A stretch of 63,534 bases of DNA, the filler included. It is 5 parts of 5 records of this genome, joined end to end, with 100 filler letters (N's around TTAATTAATTAA, not from the genome) between each part and the next. Parts side by side here need not be neighbours in the genome. Positions count along the whole stretch, not along the records: positions 47,625 to 57,704 come from SRR22947725_385; positions 57,805 to 63,534 come from SRR22947725_388; 3 more parts are not named here. One strand, given 5' to 3'. Below, one piece after another: positions 50,161 through 60,442 of this stretch. A model generated the notes under the pieces. That model saw nothing but the letters and a program-made list of their open reading frames with translations, was not told where the DNA came from and ran no database searches. Within the stretch, counting starts at the first letter, position 1; every line of letters starts with the position of its first letter. Position numbers and translations under genes: made by a program.

Positions 50161-51027
50161 ATGTCAAACAAAGATTTATTAGATAGCATCAAAAAACTCA
50201 GAGAAATGACAGGTGTGGGCTTTAATGATTGTAAAATAGCCTTAGATGAATCTAAAGGCGATATAGAAAAATCTGTTGAATTTTTAAGAAAAAAAGGGAT
50301 TGCTAAAGCTTCTAAAAAAATGAGTAGAACCGCTTCAGAAGGTTTAGCTTTAGTAAAGGAATATGATGGACAAATTTCAATAATCGAAATTAATAGTGAA
50401 ACAGATTTTGTCGCAAAAAATCAAGATTTTATAAATTTTTGTAAAGAACTATCTGATATTAATTTTTCATCAAAAGGTAATTTAGAAATACTTCAAGAAA
50501 CTAAAATGGCTAATGATATTTCTGTAAAAGATAACTTAGTAAATTTAATAGCAAAGATAGGTGAAAAGATTACAATTAGACGAACTAACTTTTTTAACAA
50601 TTCGTCTGGAACAAATTATTTTTATGTACATTCGGCTATAGAAAAAAATATTGGTAAAATAATTTCTGTTGTAAAACTAGATGGAATTATAAAAGGTAAA
50701 AATGATGAAATTGGCTTAAAAATAGCTATGCATATTGCTGCATCAAATCCTTTGGCAATAGATAAAGATGGAATTGATAAATCTATAGTTAATAAAGAAT
50801 TAGAAATTATAAAAGCAGAAATAACAAATTCTGGAAAACCAGCTGAAATGGCAGAAAAAATTTCTAAAGGTAAAATATCTAAATTTTTAAATGATAATTC
50901 ACTTTTAAACCAGTTGTGGATAATGGATCCCAAAAAGAAAGTCTCAGATATTTTAAAGGAAAACTCATCAGACAAAGAAATTAAAGTTCTTCAATTTATT
51001 AAATATAAAGTTGGTGAAGGAGTTTAA
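50161..51027 (+). CDS. tsf: elongation factor Ts
   Basis: KLREMTG, EINSETDFVAKN, MHIAA. Confidence 0.96.
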   Translation: MSNKDLLDSIKKLREMTGVGFNDCKIALDESKGDIEKSVEFLRKKGIAKASKKMSRTASEGLALVKEYDGQISIIEINSETDFVAKNQDFINFCKELSDINFSSKGNLEILQETKMANDISVKDNLVNLIAKIGEKITIRRTNFFNNSSGTNYFYVHSAIEKNIGKIISVVKLDGIIKGKNDEIGLKIAMHIAASNPLAIDKDGIDKSIVNKELEIIKAEITNSGKPAEMAEKISKGKISKFLNDNSLLNQLWIMDPKKKVSDILKENSSDKEIKVLQFIKYKVGEGV

Positions 51028-51030
51028 AAA

Positions 51031-51591
51031 GTGAGTAGTGAATTTAATGAAAATAATTATTCATCTAAGATGGATAAAACCATACTTTCTCTTAGAAAAG
51101 ATATTTCAACTTTAAGAACTGGTAGAGCTAACACAAGTATGCTTGATACAATTAAGGTTGATGTTTACGGACAATTGATGCCGATAGAACAACTCGGGAC
51201 AATAAGTGTTCCAGAGGCCAGATTAATTTCTATACAAGTTTGGGATAAAACTAATGCACCATTAATAGATAGCGCTATTCAAAAATCAGAATTAGGAATT
51301 AACCCTCAAATAGATGGGCAAACAATAAGATTAAGAATTCCAGATTTAACAGAAGAAAGAAGAAAAGATTTAATCAAAGTTTTAAAAAATATGGGCGAAA
51401 AAGGAAAAATAGCAATAAGAAGTATTAGAAGAGAAGCTAACGAGGATTTAAAAAAAAAATTAAAAGACAAAACCATTACTGAAGATGATAATAAAAACTT
51501 CGAAAAAAGTATTCAAAAACTTACAGACGTAAATATAGAAAATATAGATAAAATATTAACTGAAAAAGAAAAAGAGATCAGTCAGATATGA
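51031..51591 (+). CDS. frr: ribosome recycling factor
   Basis: LRTGRA, IPDLTEERRK, IRSIRR. Confidence 0.96.
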   Translation: MSSEFNENNYSSKMDKTILSLRKDISTLRTGRANTSMLDTIKVDVYGQLMPIEQLGTISVPEARLISIQVWDKTNAPLIDSAIQKSELGINPQIDGQTIRLRIPDLTEERRKDLIKVLKNMGEKGKIAIRSIRREANEDLKKKLKDKTITEDDNKNFEKSIQKLTDVNIENIDKILTEKEKEISQI

Positions 51592-52256
51592 ACGAGCTTA
51601 ACCATGTTGCTTTTATCATGGATGGCAATGGTAGGTGGGGAAAAAAAAATGGTCAAGGTAGAAATTTTGGACATTTTAAGGGTGTAGAAACTGTAAAAAA
51701 AATTGTCAACGGCTCGATAAAATCTAAAATTAAAATTGTATCATTTTACGTTTTTTCTTCTGAAAATTGGAAACGTCCAAAAGCTGAAATAAACTTTCTA
51801 TTTAAACTCATAACTAATTATTTTGCGAAAGAAATAGAAAGTATTATCAAACAGGGTATTAAAATAAATATTCTTGGTGAAGTAGACAAACTCTCTTCAA
51901 ACGTAAAATCAATTTTAAAAAAAACAATTTTATTAACTAAAAAAAATGAAAAAATTATTGTAAATTTAGCCATTAATTATGGTTCAAAAAATGAAATATT
52001 AAATGCAGTAAAAAAAAATAAAAAAAAAATTAATATTAAAAATTTTGAAAAAAATCTTTACACCAAAGGTATTCCAGATCCAGATATTTTAATAAGGACA
52101 GGTGGGCACCAAAGACTAAGTAATTTTATGTTATGGCAGTTAGCTTATACAGAGTTATTTTTTATAAAGAAATTATGGCCAGATTTCAATACAAATGATT
52201 TAACATCAATTATTAAAAGATATAAAAAAAGTAAGAGAAATTTTGGAAATATATGA
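51588..52256 (+). CDS. uppS: undecaprenyl diphosphate synthase
   Basis: HVAFIMDGNGRW, FSSENWKR, IRTGG..RLSNF. Confidence 0.95.
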   Translation: MNELNHVAFIMDGNGRWGKKNGQGRNFGHFKGVETVKKIVNGSIKSKIKIVSFYVFSSENWKRPKAEINFLFKLITNYFAKEIESIIKQGIKINILGEVDKLSSNVKSILKKTILLTKKNEKIIVNLAINYGSKNEILNAVKKNKKKINIKNFEKNLYTKGIPDPDILIRTGGHQRLSNFMLWQLAYTELFFIKKLWPDFNTNDLTSIIKRYKKSKRNFGNI

Positions 52257-52903
52257 TCAACAAAAACCTTAAAAAAAGATTTTATACATCAATAACTTTA
52301 TTAATTTTAACTTTATTAATAATTAAATATAATGCAGCCCTAGTTTTTGTCCTACTAGTTTTTGGAGTTGTTTCATTATTAGAATTCATGAGTTTAATTA
52401 ATAAAATTAAATTTAATAAATTTTATTCACTAATATCAAATATTTTTTTTACAATTTATTTATTTTTATTTTGTTCAATATTTTTTTTACTTTCAAATTT
52501 TTTACAACTTAAAATAATAATTTTTATTATATTACTTGGATGTATTGCTTCAGACATAGGTGGATTTATTTTTGGAAAGATATTTAAAGGTCCAAAGTTA
52601 ACTAGAATTAGTCCAAATAAAACATACGCAGGAGCATTAGGTTCAATTATTTTAACAATTGCTGTTCTATCTTGTGCAATATATTTTTTCACAAATAGTT
52701 TAAGCTATGTTGTTATAATAATTGCTATTATAACATCTATCGCATGCCAGATAGGTGATTTATTTTTTTCATTTTTAAAAAGAAAAGCAAAAGTAAAAGA
52801 TACTGGGGATTTTTTACCTGGTCACGGAGGTATTCTAGATAGATTAGATGGAATACTTCTTGGAGTTCCTATTGGTATGTTTTTTCTTTCAATATTTTAT
52901 TAA
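52253..52903 (+). CDS. cdsA: phosphatidate cytidylyltransferase
   Basis: ISPNKT, KRKAKVKDTG, PGHGGILDRLD. Confidence 0.93.
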   Translation: MINKNLKKRFYTSITLLILTLLIIKYNAALVFVLLVFGVVSLLEFMSLINKIKFNKFYSLISNIFFTIYLFLFCSIFFLLSNFLQLKIIIFIILLGCIASDIGGFIFGKIFKGPKLTRISPNKTYAGALGSIILTIAVLSCAIYFFTNSLSYVVIIIAIITSIACQIGDLFFSFLKRKAKVKDTGDFLPGHGGILDRLDGILLGVPIGMFFLSIFY

Positions 52904-54064
52904 ATGAGAAAGTCTATTTCAATTCTTGGCTCCACAGGCTCTGTAGGTGTTTCGACATTATCTATAATAGATAAAAAAAAAAATTATTTTAAAGTTCATT
53001 TGTTAGCAGCAAATAAAAACTTTTATTTAATAGAAAAACAAATTAAAAAATACAAACCTAAAATTTTTGTTATTACTAATAAAGTTATATACGATAAAAT
53101 TAAAAAAAAATTTTCAAAAAAAAAAATAATTATCTCAAACACTTTTAATGAATTAATTTTATCAAAAAAAATCGACATAACTATTTCTGCTATTCCAGGT
53201 GTTGTTGGTCTGGAACCAACTATTCAGATGGTTAAATCAAGTAAAAAAATTTTAATTGCAAATAAAGAATCTATTATTTGTGGTTGGTATTTAATAAAAA
53301 AAACAGCTTTAAAATATAATACAAAAATTATTCCAATCGACTCAGAACATTTTTCTATTTTAAAGTTACTAGAAAATCACTCACTAAAAGAAATTAAAAA
53401 AATTTATATAACTGCATCTGGAGGGCCTTTTTTGAATTATAACAAAAATCAACTAAAAAATATAAAAATAAAAGATGCTTTAAATCATCCAAAATGGAAA
53501 ATGGGAAAAAAAATTACAATTGATTCTTCAACATTAATGAATAAAATTTTAGAATTAATAGAGGCTCAAAAATTATTTAATATTCCGAATAAAAAATTAG
53601 ATATATTAATCCACCCAAATTCCTTAGTTCATGCAATAATTGAAATGAAAAATGGTTTAATTAAATTTTTATATCATGATACAACTATGATAATTCCACT
53701 AGCTAATGCGATTTTTGATGGAAAGATAAATATCACTGATTTTTTTAAAAAAAAGAAAAAAATTAAAGTTATTGAAGATTTACATTTTAAAAAAGTTGAC
53801 TCAAATATATTTCCTGTAATAAAACTTAAAGATAGGCTAGATGAATATCCATCTACTCCAATTATCATTAACGCTACAAATGAGGTGCTTGTTGATCAAT
53901 TTCTTAAGAAAAAAATACCATTTTTAAGCATTTATAAAATCATTATGAACATCTTAAATGATAGAAATTATAAAAAATATGCTATAAAAATACCTATTAA
54001 TATTAATCAAATCTTAAAAATCGACAATTGGGCTAAAACCACAACTAAAAAATATGTTAAATAA
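52904..54064 (+). CDS. dxr: 1-deoxy-D-xylulose-5-phosphate reductoisomerase
   Basis: LGSTGSVG, ANKES, PIDSEH, TASGGPF, HPKWKMG. Confidence 0.95.
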   Translation: MRKSISILGSTGSVGVSTLSIIDKKKNYFKVHLLAANKNFYLIEKQIKKYKPKIFVITNKVIYDKIKKKFSKKKIIISNTFNELILSKKIDITISAIPGVVGLEPTIQMVKSSKKILIANKESIICGWYLIKKTALKYNTKIIPIDSEHFSILKLLENHSLKEIKKIYITASGGPFLNYNKNQLKNIKIKDALNHPKWKMGKKITIDSSTLMNKILELIEAQKLFNIPNKKLDILIHPNSLVHAIIEMKNGLIKFLYHDTTMIIPLANAIFDGKINITDFFKKKKKIKVIEDLHFKKVDSNIFPVIKLKDRLDEYPSTPIIINATNEVLVDQFLKKKIPFLSIYKIIMNILNDRNYKKYAIKIPININQILKIDNWAKTTTKKYVK

Positions 54065-56300
54065 AAAAAAATTTATAAATTTATTAATTATTATTAATAT
54101 AATTTTTTTTAGCCTTTCATTAAAAGCTGAAATTATAAACAGTGTAACCATAAATGGAAATAACAGAGTTAGTGATGAAACAATTTTAATTTATGGTAAA
54201 ATTAAAAATAATACTGATATTACAGATAAGGAATTAAACAAGATTATAACAAATTTAAATTCAACAAATTTTTTTAAAGAAATAGATGTGGAGGTTAAAA
54301 ATAATAAGTTAATCGTTAATTTAATTGAGTATCCTTTAGTAAATCAAATAATAATTAATGGAGAAAAAAGTAATAAAATAAAAAAAGAGTTATTAAAAAA
54401 TCTACAACTAAAAGAAAAACAATCTTTTATAAAATCTTACCTTTCTAGTGATATTGAAATTCTTAAAAACCTTTATTCATCGCTAGGTTATAATTTTGTT
54501 AAAATTGATACAAAAGTAAATCAATTAGATGCATCTAATTATGATTTACTTATAAATATTCAAAGAGGTGAAAAAACAAAAATTTCATCAATAAAATTTA
54601 CGGGCGATAAAAAAATTCGAGATAAAAGATTAAAGGATATAACAGCTAGTGAAGAGAATAAATTTTGGAAATTTATTTCAAGAAATACAAACTTTAGTCA
54701 AAATTTAGTTAATCTAGATATAAGATTAATGACGAATTATTATAAATCTATCGGTTACTATGATGTAGACATAGTCTCAAACTCAGCTGAACTAAATGAT
54801 AAAAATAATGTAGACCTTGTCTACACAATCAACGCCGGAACAAGATATACTATAGACAAAATAACAACAACTGTAGACCCTACCTTCGATAATAAATTAT
54901 TTTTTCCTCTTAAGAAATCTTACGATAAATTAATTGGTAAATATTATTCACCTTTTGAAATAAAAAAAATCTTAGACGATATTGATGATTTAATTGATAA
55001 GAATAATTTACAATTTGTTGAACATAATGTTGAAGAAGCAATCGGATCAAATTCAATTTCAATTAACTTTAATATTTATGAAGGAGAAAAAAATTTAGTT
55101 GAGAGAATTAATATTTTAGGAAATAATATCACGAATGAGGATGTCATTAGAGCGGAAATTCTATTGGACGAAGGTGACCCTTTTACAAATATCAATTTAG
55201 ATAGATCACTAGCTAATTTGAAATCTAGAAACATTTTTAAATCAGTAAAATCAGATGTATCTAAAGGTTCAGCAAATAATTTAAAAATTATAGGTATTAA
55301 TATAGAAGAAAAACCAACGGGAGAAATCGCTGCTGGCGCAGGAGTTGGTACTAATGGTGGAAGTTTTGAATTTACTGTTGCAGAAAATAATTGGTTAGGT
55401 GAAGGAAAAAAGCTAGATTTTAATCTAGCATCAGACAGTGAATCTCTTTCTGGAACAATTAGTTATAGCGATCCAAACTACAATTTTTTAGGCAACTCGA
55501 TAAATTATTATGTTACTAGTAAAGAAAATGATAAACCAGATAGTGGCTATGAAAATACTATTGTTGGCGCAGGTATAGGAACTTCTTTTGAACAGTACAA
55601 AAATATTTTTACTAATTTAGGTTTATCAGCAAGTTACGATGATCTTAGAACTTTAGATACAGCTTCTGCAAACTTAAAAAAACAAAGTGGTAATTTTTCA
55701 GATTTAACTGGAGAATATGGTATTAAATATGACACTAGAAATCGTTCATTTAGACCTACAGAAGGTTCAATCATTTATTTTAATCAATCACTTCCAATTT
55801 ATGCTGATAAACAATCTATAAGCAACTCTATAAGCGTATCAAAATATAATGCTTTTAGTGAAAATGCTATTTTGGGCACTAAATTTCTTATCTCAACTAT
55901 TACTGGAATAGGTGATGACGATGTTAGATTAAGTAAAAGAAAAAGTTTAAGCACTAGAAGACTTCGTGGATTTGAACAAAATAAAATAGGTCCAGTAGAC
56001 GGAACAGATCATATTGGAGGAAATTACACTGCAGCAGCAAATTTAGAATTGAGCTTGCCTAAATTACTTCCTAGCACCTCAAATGCTGATATAGGCCTTT
56101 TTTTAGATGCAGGAAATGTGTGGGGCGTAGACTACGATAGCACAATTGATGATAGTAATAAAATAAGATCATCTTTTGGTGCCGCACTTAACTGGTTATC
56201 ACCACTTGGACCATTATCTTTTATAATGTCACAAAACTTAACTAAAGCAAAAACAGATAAAACTGAAAGTTTCAATTTTAACTTAGGTACCACTTTTTAA
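54054..56300 (+). CDS. bamA: outer membrane protein assembly factor BamA
   Basis: POTRA repeats, NWLGEG, LRGF, SPLGPL, C-terminal F. Confidence 0.94.
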   Translation: MLNKKKFINLLIIINIIFFSLSLKAEIINSVTINGNNRVSDETILIYGKIKNNTDITDKELNKIITNLNSTNFFKEIDVEVKNNKLIVNLIEYPLVNQIIINGEKSNKIKKELLKNLQLKEKQSFIKSYLSSDIEILKNLYSSLGYNFVKIDTKVNQLDASNYDLLINIQRGEKTKISSIKFTGDKKIRDKRLKDITASEENKFWKFISRNTNFSQNLVNLDIRLMTNYYKSIGYYDVDIVSNSAELNDKNNVDLVYTINAGTRYTIDKITTTVDPTFDNKLFFPLKKSYDKLIGKYYSPFEIKKILDDIDDLIDKNNLQFVEHNVEEAIGSNSISINFNIYEGEKNLVERINILGNNITNEDVIRAEILLDEGDPFTNINLDRSLANLKSRNIFKSVKSDVSKGSANNLKIIGINIEEKPTGEIAAGAGVGTNGGSFEFTVAENNWLGEGKKLDFNLASDSESLSGTISYSDPNYNFLGNSINYYVTSKENDKPDSGYENTIVGAGIGTSFEQYKNIFTNLGLSASYDDLRTLDTASANLKKQSGNFSDLTGEYGIKYDTRNRSFRPTEGSIIYFNQSLPIYADKQSISNSISVSKYNAFSENAILGTKFLISTITGIGDDDVRLSKRKSLSTRRLRGFEQNKIGPVDGTDHIGGNYTAAANLELSLPKLLPSTSNADIGLFLDAGNVWGVDYDSTIDDSNKIRSSFGAALNWLSPLGPLSFIMSQNLTKAKTDKTESFNFNLGTTF

Positions 56301-56825
56301 ATGAATTACTTTAAAAATTTTCTTTTCATTTCATTCATTTTTTTTGCTTTATCAAAGCCAGTATTTGCAGAATTACCAGTATATTTAGATTTTAAATTTA
56401 TATTGAATAATTCTACAGCAGGTAAAAAAGCTCAAGATTTATTAAAGAAAAGATTAGATAATGGAATAAAATCATTAAATTCAAAAGAAAAATCAATTCA
56501 AGAAGAAGAAAGAAAAATAATTCAACAAAAAAAAGTAATCAATCAAGAAGAATATGTGAAAAAAGTAAATGAATTAAGAAAAAAAGTTTCAAGCTTGCAA
56601 AAAGAAAGAAACAAATTATTGGAAAACGTAGCTAAAGATCGAAGAAAAGCTAAAAATGAACTTTTAAAAAACTTAAACCCTATAATAGAGGCATATATGC
56701 AAGAAAAAAAAATTAGACTTGTCATTGATAAAAAAAATATAATCTTAGCTGATGAAAAACTTGATATTACAAAAGAAATTATAAAAAGACTAAATAGTAA
56801 ATTACAATCAATAAAATTGAATTAG
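56301..56825 (+). CDS. skp: Skp/OmpH periplasmic chaperone
   Basis: Signal peptide, coiled coil and DITKEII C-terminus. Lies between bamA and lpxD. Confidence 0.85.
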   Translation: MNYFKNFLFISFIFFALSKPVFAELPVYLDFKFILNNSTAGKKAQDLLKKRLDNGIKSLNSKEKSIQEEERKIIQQKKVINQEEYVKKVNELRKKVSSLQKERNKLLENVAKDRRKAKNELLKNLNPIIEAYMQEKKIRLVIDKKNIILADEKLDITKEIIKRLNSKLQSIKLN

Positions 56826-56834
56826 TAATATTTA

Positions 56835-57704
56835 ATGAGTTCTAAAAACTTTTTCTTAAAAAAAGAACTTTCTATATCTAAATTATTTCCTAAAGAAAAA
56901 TTTAAAAATAACTCTATCATCAAAGCTGTTAAACCTCTTGATAAAGCTCACGTAGGTGATTTATCATTTTATGATTTAAAAAAATACAAAGATAGAGCTG
57001 TTAGTACCAAAGCATCTTTTTGTATAACTACAAAAAAATTGATCACTGATCTTCCAAAAAAAACAATAAAAATTATTGTAAATAATGTTTTATTAGAATT
57101 ATGTAGAGTTACTAAATTGATTTACCCACATGCTGATATGGATTATCCAGATATGTCGCTTAAACCTTTTATTAAAACTAAATTTAAAACTGTAAAATTT
57201 GGAAATAATGTTTTAGTAGGAAAAAATGTTAAAATCGGTAAAAATTCAATAATAGGTTCAAATACTATTATAGAACAAAATGTTGAAATCGGAGAAGGGT
57301 GTGTAATTGGTTCTGGTGTAATTATTAAGAATTCAATAATAGATAAAAAAGTTGTGATACAGGATAATTGTAAAATAGGTCAAAAAGGATTTGGTTTTAT
57401 ACCAATTAAAAACAAAAATATTAAATTTCCACATATTGGTAAAGTTATTATTAAAAGTTTTGTCGAGGTTGCTTCTGGATGTACAATTGATAGAGGATCA
57501 GTAGATGATACAATTATAGGAAATAATACTTATTTAGATAATCAAGTTCATGTAGCTCACAATGTTCAAATTGGTGATAATTGTATGATTGCCGGTCAAG
57601 TTGGCTTTGCAGGAAGTTCTAGCATTGGCAACAATGTTTCTATCGGGGGTCAAGCAGGCATCTCCGGCCATTTAAAAATTGGCAATAATGTTAAAATTGG
57701 TGGT
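56835..57704 (+). CDS. lpxD: UDP-3-O-acyl-glucosamine N-acyltransferase, 3' truncated
   Basis: Hexapeptide repeats, GFGF, TIDRG, DNQVHVAHNV. Confidence 0.93.
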
Positions 57705-57804
57705 NNNNNNNNNNNNNNNNNNNNNNNNNNNNNNNNNNNNNNNNNNNNTTAATTAATTAANNNNNNNNNNNNNNNNNNNNNNNNNNNNNNNNNNNNNNNN
57801 NNNN
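57705..57804. other. synthetic contig linker
   Basis: N44-TTAATTAATTAA-N44. Confidence 0.97.
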
Positions 57805-58137
57805 TCTCACATGGAATTAATTGGAAATGTAGAAGGAAAAAATGTTGTACTCGTAGATGATATGGTCGACACTGCTGGAACTTTAACTACTGCTGCTGAT
57901 CTTATGATGGAAAGAGGAGCTAAATCTGTTAGAGCCATTTGTACTCATCCATTACTTTCAGGAAAAGCTTATGACAGAATTGAGAATTCAAAACTGAAAG
58001 AATTAATAATTTCAGATAGCATTCCAGTGAAAAATAAATCAAAGAAAATAAAAGTTTTATCTACAGCTAACTTATTTGCTGAGGTAATGAAAAATGTTCA
58101 TAATAATAAATCAATAAACCCTTTTTTTATAAAATAA
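57805..58137 (+). CDS. prs: ribose-phosphate pyrophosphokinase, C-terminal fragment
   Basis: [17 protein letters not shown]; upstream of rplY. Confidence 0.92.
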   Translation, partial: SHMELIGNVEGKNVVLVDDMVDTAGTLTTAADLMMERGAKSVRAICTHPLLSGKAYDRIENSKLKELIISDSIPVKNKSKKIKVLSTANLFAEVMKNVHNNKSINPFFIK

Positions 58138-58141
58138 AATC

Positions 58142-58804
58142 ATGAAATCAATTACAATCAACGGATCTAAAAGAGAACACGTGGGCAAGGTAGCAACCAA
58201 AGCCTTACGTAATGCTGGAAAGGTGCCTTGCGTTATATACGGAGGAGAAAACCCTATACATTTTTCAGCAGAAGAATTAGCTTTTTCAAAACTAGTATAT
58301 ACAGCAGATGCACACACTGTTGTAATTGCTTTGGAAGATGGAAATAAAATAGATGCAGTTATGCAAGACATTCAGTTCCATCCAGTTTCTGATAAAATTT
58401 TACATGTAGATTTTTTCCAGTTACACCCTGGAAAAGAAATTAGTATGATAATTCCTGTAAAAGTAGAAGGAACTGCGCCAGGCGTTAGAGATGCAGGTGG
58501 TTTACTTTCTAGAAATAAAAGAAAACTTACTGTTAGAGCTCTACCTAAGAATTTACCTGACTTTTTATTAGCAGATGTTTCAACTTTAAAACTAAACGAC
58601 AGTATTACTGTAGCAGATCTTTCCGAAGACACGTTTAGTATTTTACATCCTGACAATCAAGTTGTTTGTCAAGTTAAAATGTCTAGAGCTTCAATGTCAA
58701 TTGAGAAAACAGATGAAGAGCTTGAAGAAGGAGCAGAAGGAGCAGAAGGAGCAGCTCCTAGTGAAAATGCTGAATCTGGGAAAGAAGAAGCTAAATCAGA
58801 ATAA
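58142..58804 (+). CDS. rplY: 50S ribosomal protein L25/Ctc
   Basis: VPCVIYG, QFHPV, HVDF, acidic tail. Confidence 0.95.
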   Translation: MKSITINGSKREHVGKVATKALRNAGKVPCVIYGGENPIHFSAEELAFSKLVYTADAHTVVIALEDGNKIDAVMQDIQFHPVSDKILHVDFFQLHPGKEISMIIPVKVEGTAPGVRDAGGLLSRNKRKLTVRALPKNLPDFLLADVSTLKLNDSITVADLSEDTFSILHPDNQVVCQVKMSRASMSIEKTDEELEEGAEGAEGAAPSENAESGKEEAKSE

Positions 58805-58824
58805 ATTTTAATTTAAAAAATCTT

Positions 58825-58860
58825 AAAGCATCTCTTTTATTATTAATTGAGATGCTTTTT
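58825..58860 (+). terminator. intrinsic terminator after rplY
   Basis: AAAGCATCTC...GAGATGCTTTTT. Confidence 0.72.
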
Positions 58861-58928
58861 CTATTTTTATCTAAAATTATTCATTGAATTTACTTAATTT
58901 ATTTAACTGCAAAAAAAAGAATTCTGAA

Positions 58929-59492
58929 ATGAAAAAGTTTCTTATTGTAGGAATTGGAAATATTGGAAATGAATACGAAAACACTAGACATAATATTGGT
59001 TTTCAGTTTCTAGATTGTATTTCTCAAGAATTTAAGCAAAGTTTTATAACAGAAAAATATGGTCAGACATGTAAATTTAATTTCAAGGGAAAACCCATAG
59101 TTCTTTTAAAACCATCCACCTATGTGAATTTGAGTGGAAAAGCTGTTAGATACTGGCTTAAAAAAGAAAAGATTGATTTAAAAAATTTACTTATCATTTC
59201 AGACGATTTAAATTTAGAATTTGGCAGAATACGTTTAAAACCCAAAGGTTCTGATGGAGGACATAATGGACTGAGAGACATTACAAATACTTTAGGAACT
59301 TCAAATTACAGTAGACTAAGGTTTGGAATTGGAGGAAATTTTCCAAGAGGCAAACAATCAGACTATGTTTTGTCCAAATGGAATAAAGAAGAGCTTTCTA
59401 AATTCATTGAAATTGAACCGATTTTTACTAAACTAGTTAAATCATATGTTAGTCAAGGAGTTGATGAAACAATGAATAAATTTAATTGTTAA
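58929..59492 (+). CDS. pth: peptidyl-tRNA hydrolase
   Basis: GIGN, TRHNIGF, KPSTYVNLSG, GGHNGL. Confidence 0.95.
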   Translation: MKKFLIVGIGNIGNEYENTRHNIGFQFLDCISQEFKQSFITEKYGQTCKFNFKGKPIVLLKPSTYVNLSGKAVRYWLKKEKIDLKNLLIISDDLNLEFGRIRLKPKGSDGGHNGLRDITNTLGTSNYSRLRFGIGGNFPRGKQSDYVLSKWNKEELSKFIEIEPIFTKLVKSYVSQGVDETMNKFNC

Positions 59493-60424
59493 TGACTATT
59501 TACAATAACATTAATGAATTTAACTCAAGAGACAATACGATTCTAACAATCGGAACGTTTGACGGAGTTCATTTAGGACATCAAAAAGTTTTAGAAAGAC
59601 TCACTAACACAGCAATAGAAAATAATTTAGAATCTACTGTACTTACATTTTTTCCACATCCAAGAACGATATTAAACCCAGATAAACCATTAAAACTCAT
59701 AAATTCTGTTAAAGAAAGAACTGATCATTTAAAAAATTCTAAAGTTGATAACTTAATTATTCATCCTTTTGATAAAAGTTTTTCAGAGCTCGATCCTGAA
59801 AAATACGTAGTGGAAATTCTTGTAAAGAAACTAAAAGCCAAAATAATTTTAATAGGCTACGATCACAAGTTTGGGAAAAATAGAACTGCAGATATTTCTG
59901 ATTTAAAAGAATACGGACAAAAATACGGATTTAAAGTAATTGAAATAAAAGCAGAAGAAATAAGTAATATAGCTATAAGTTCTACAAAAATTAGAAAAGC
60001 AATATATGAAGGAAACATTTCTACAGCTAAAAAATACCTTGGATATAATTTTTCTTTATCAGGTAGAATAGTTCGTGGAAATAGCATTGGTAGAACTTTA
60101 GGGTTTCCAACAGCAAATGTTGAGGTAAAAGAAGAATATAAACTTCTTCCAAAAAATGGAGTTTACCTTATCCAATCTATTATAGATCATAATGAATATT
60201 TTGGAATGATGAATATTGGAATAAAACCGACCCTAAATAAAAGTTCTAAAACTATTGAGGTAAACTTATTTGAATTTGAAGGTGATTTATACAATAAAAA
60301 AATTACTGTTAGTATTAAACAGTTCATAAGGGACGAAATTAAATTTGAATCATTAGACCTATTAAAATCTCAAATTCAGAAAGACAAAGTCAATTGTAAT
60401 TCAATTATTGATATTATTGATTAA
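59492..60424 (+). CDS. ribF: bifunctional riboflavin kinase/FAD synthetase
   Basis: GTFDGVHLGH, ISSTKIR, GFPTAN. Confidence 0.95.
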   Translation: MTIYNNINEFNSRDNTILTIGTFDGVHLGHQKVLERLTNTAIENNLESTVLTFFPHPRTILNPDKPLKLINSVKERTDHLKNSKVDNLIIHPFDKSFSELDPEKYVVEILVKKLKAKIILIGYDHKFGKNRTADISDLKEYGQKYGFKVIEIKAEEISNIAISSTKIRKAIYEGNISTAKKYLGYNFSLSGRIVRGNSIGRTLGFPTANVEVKEEYKLLPKNGVYLIQSIIDHNEYFGMMNIGIKPTLNKSSKTIEVNLFEFEGDLYNKKITVSIKQFIRDEIKFESLDLLKSQIQKDKVNCNSIIDIID

Positions 60425-60442
60425 TTTTATAAAAAATAAAAA

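Noticed and set aside
58726-58756. GAAGGAGCA tandem repeat
   Set aside because: It encodes the ordinary low-complexity EGA tail of L25/Ctc.
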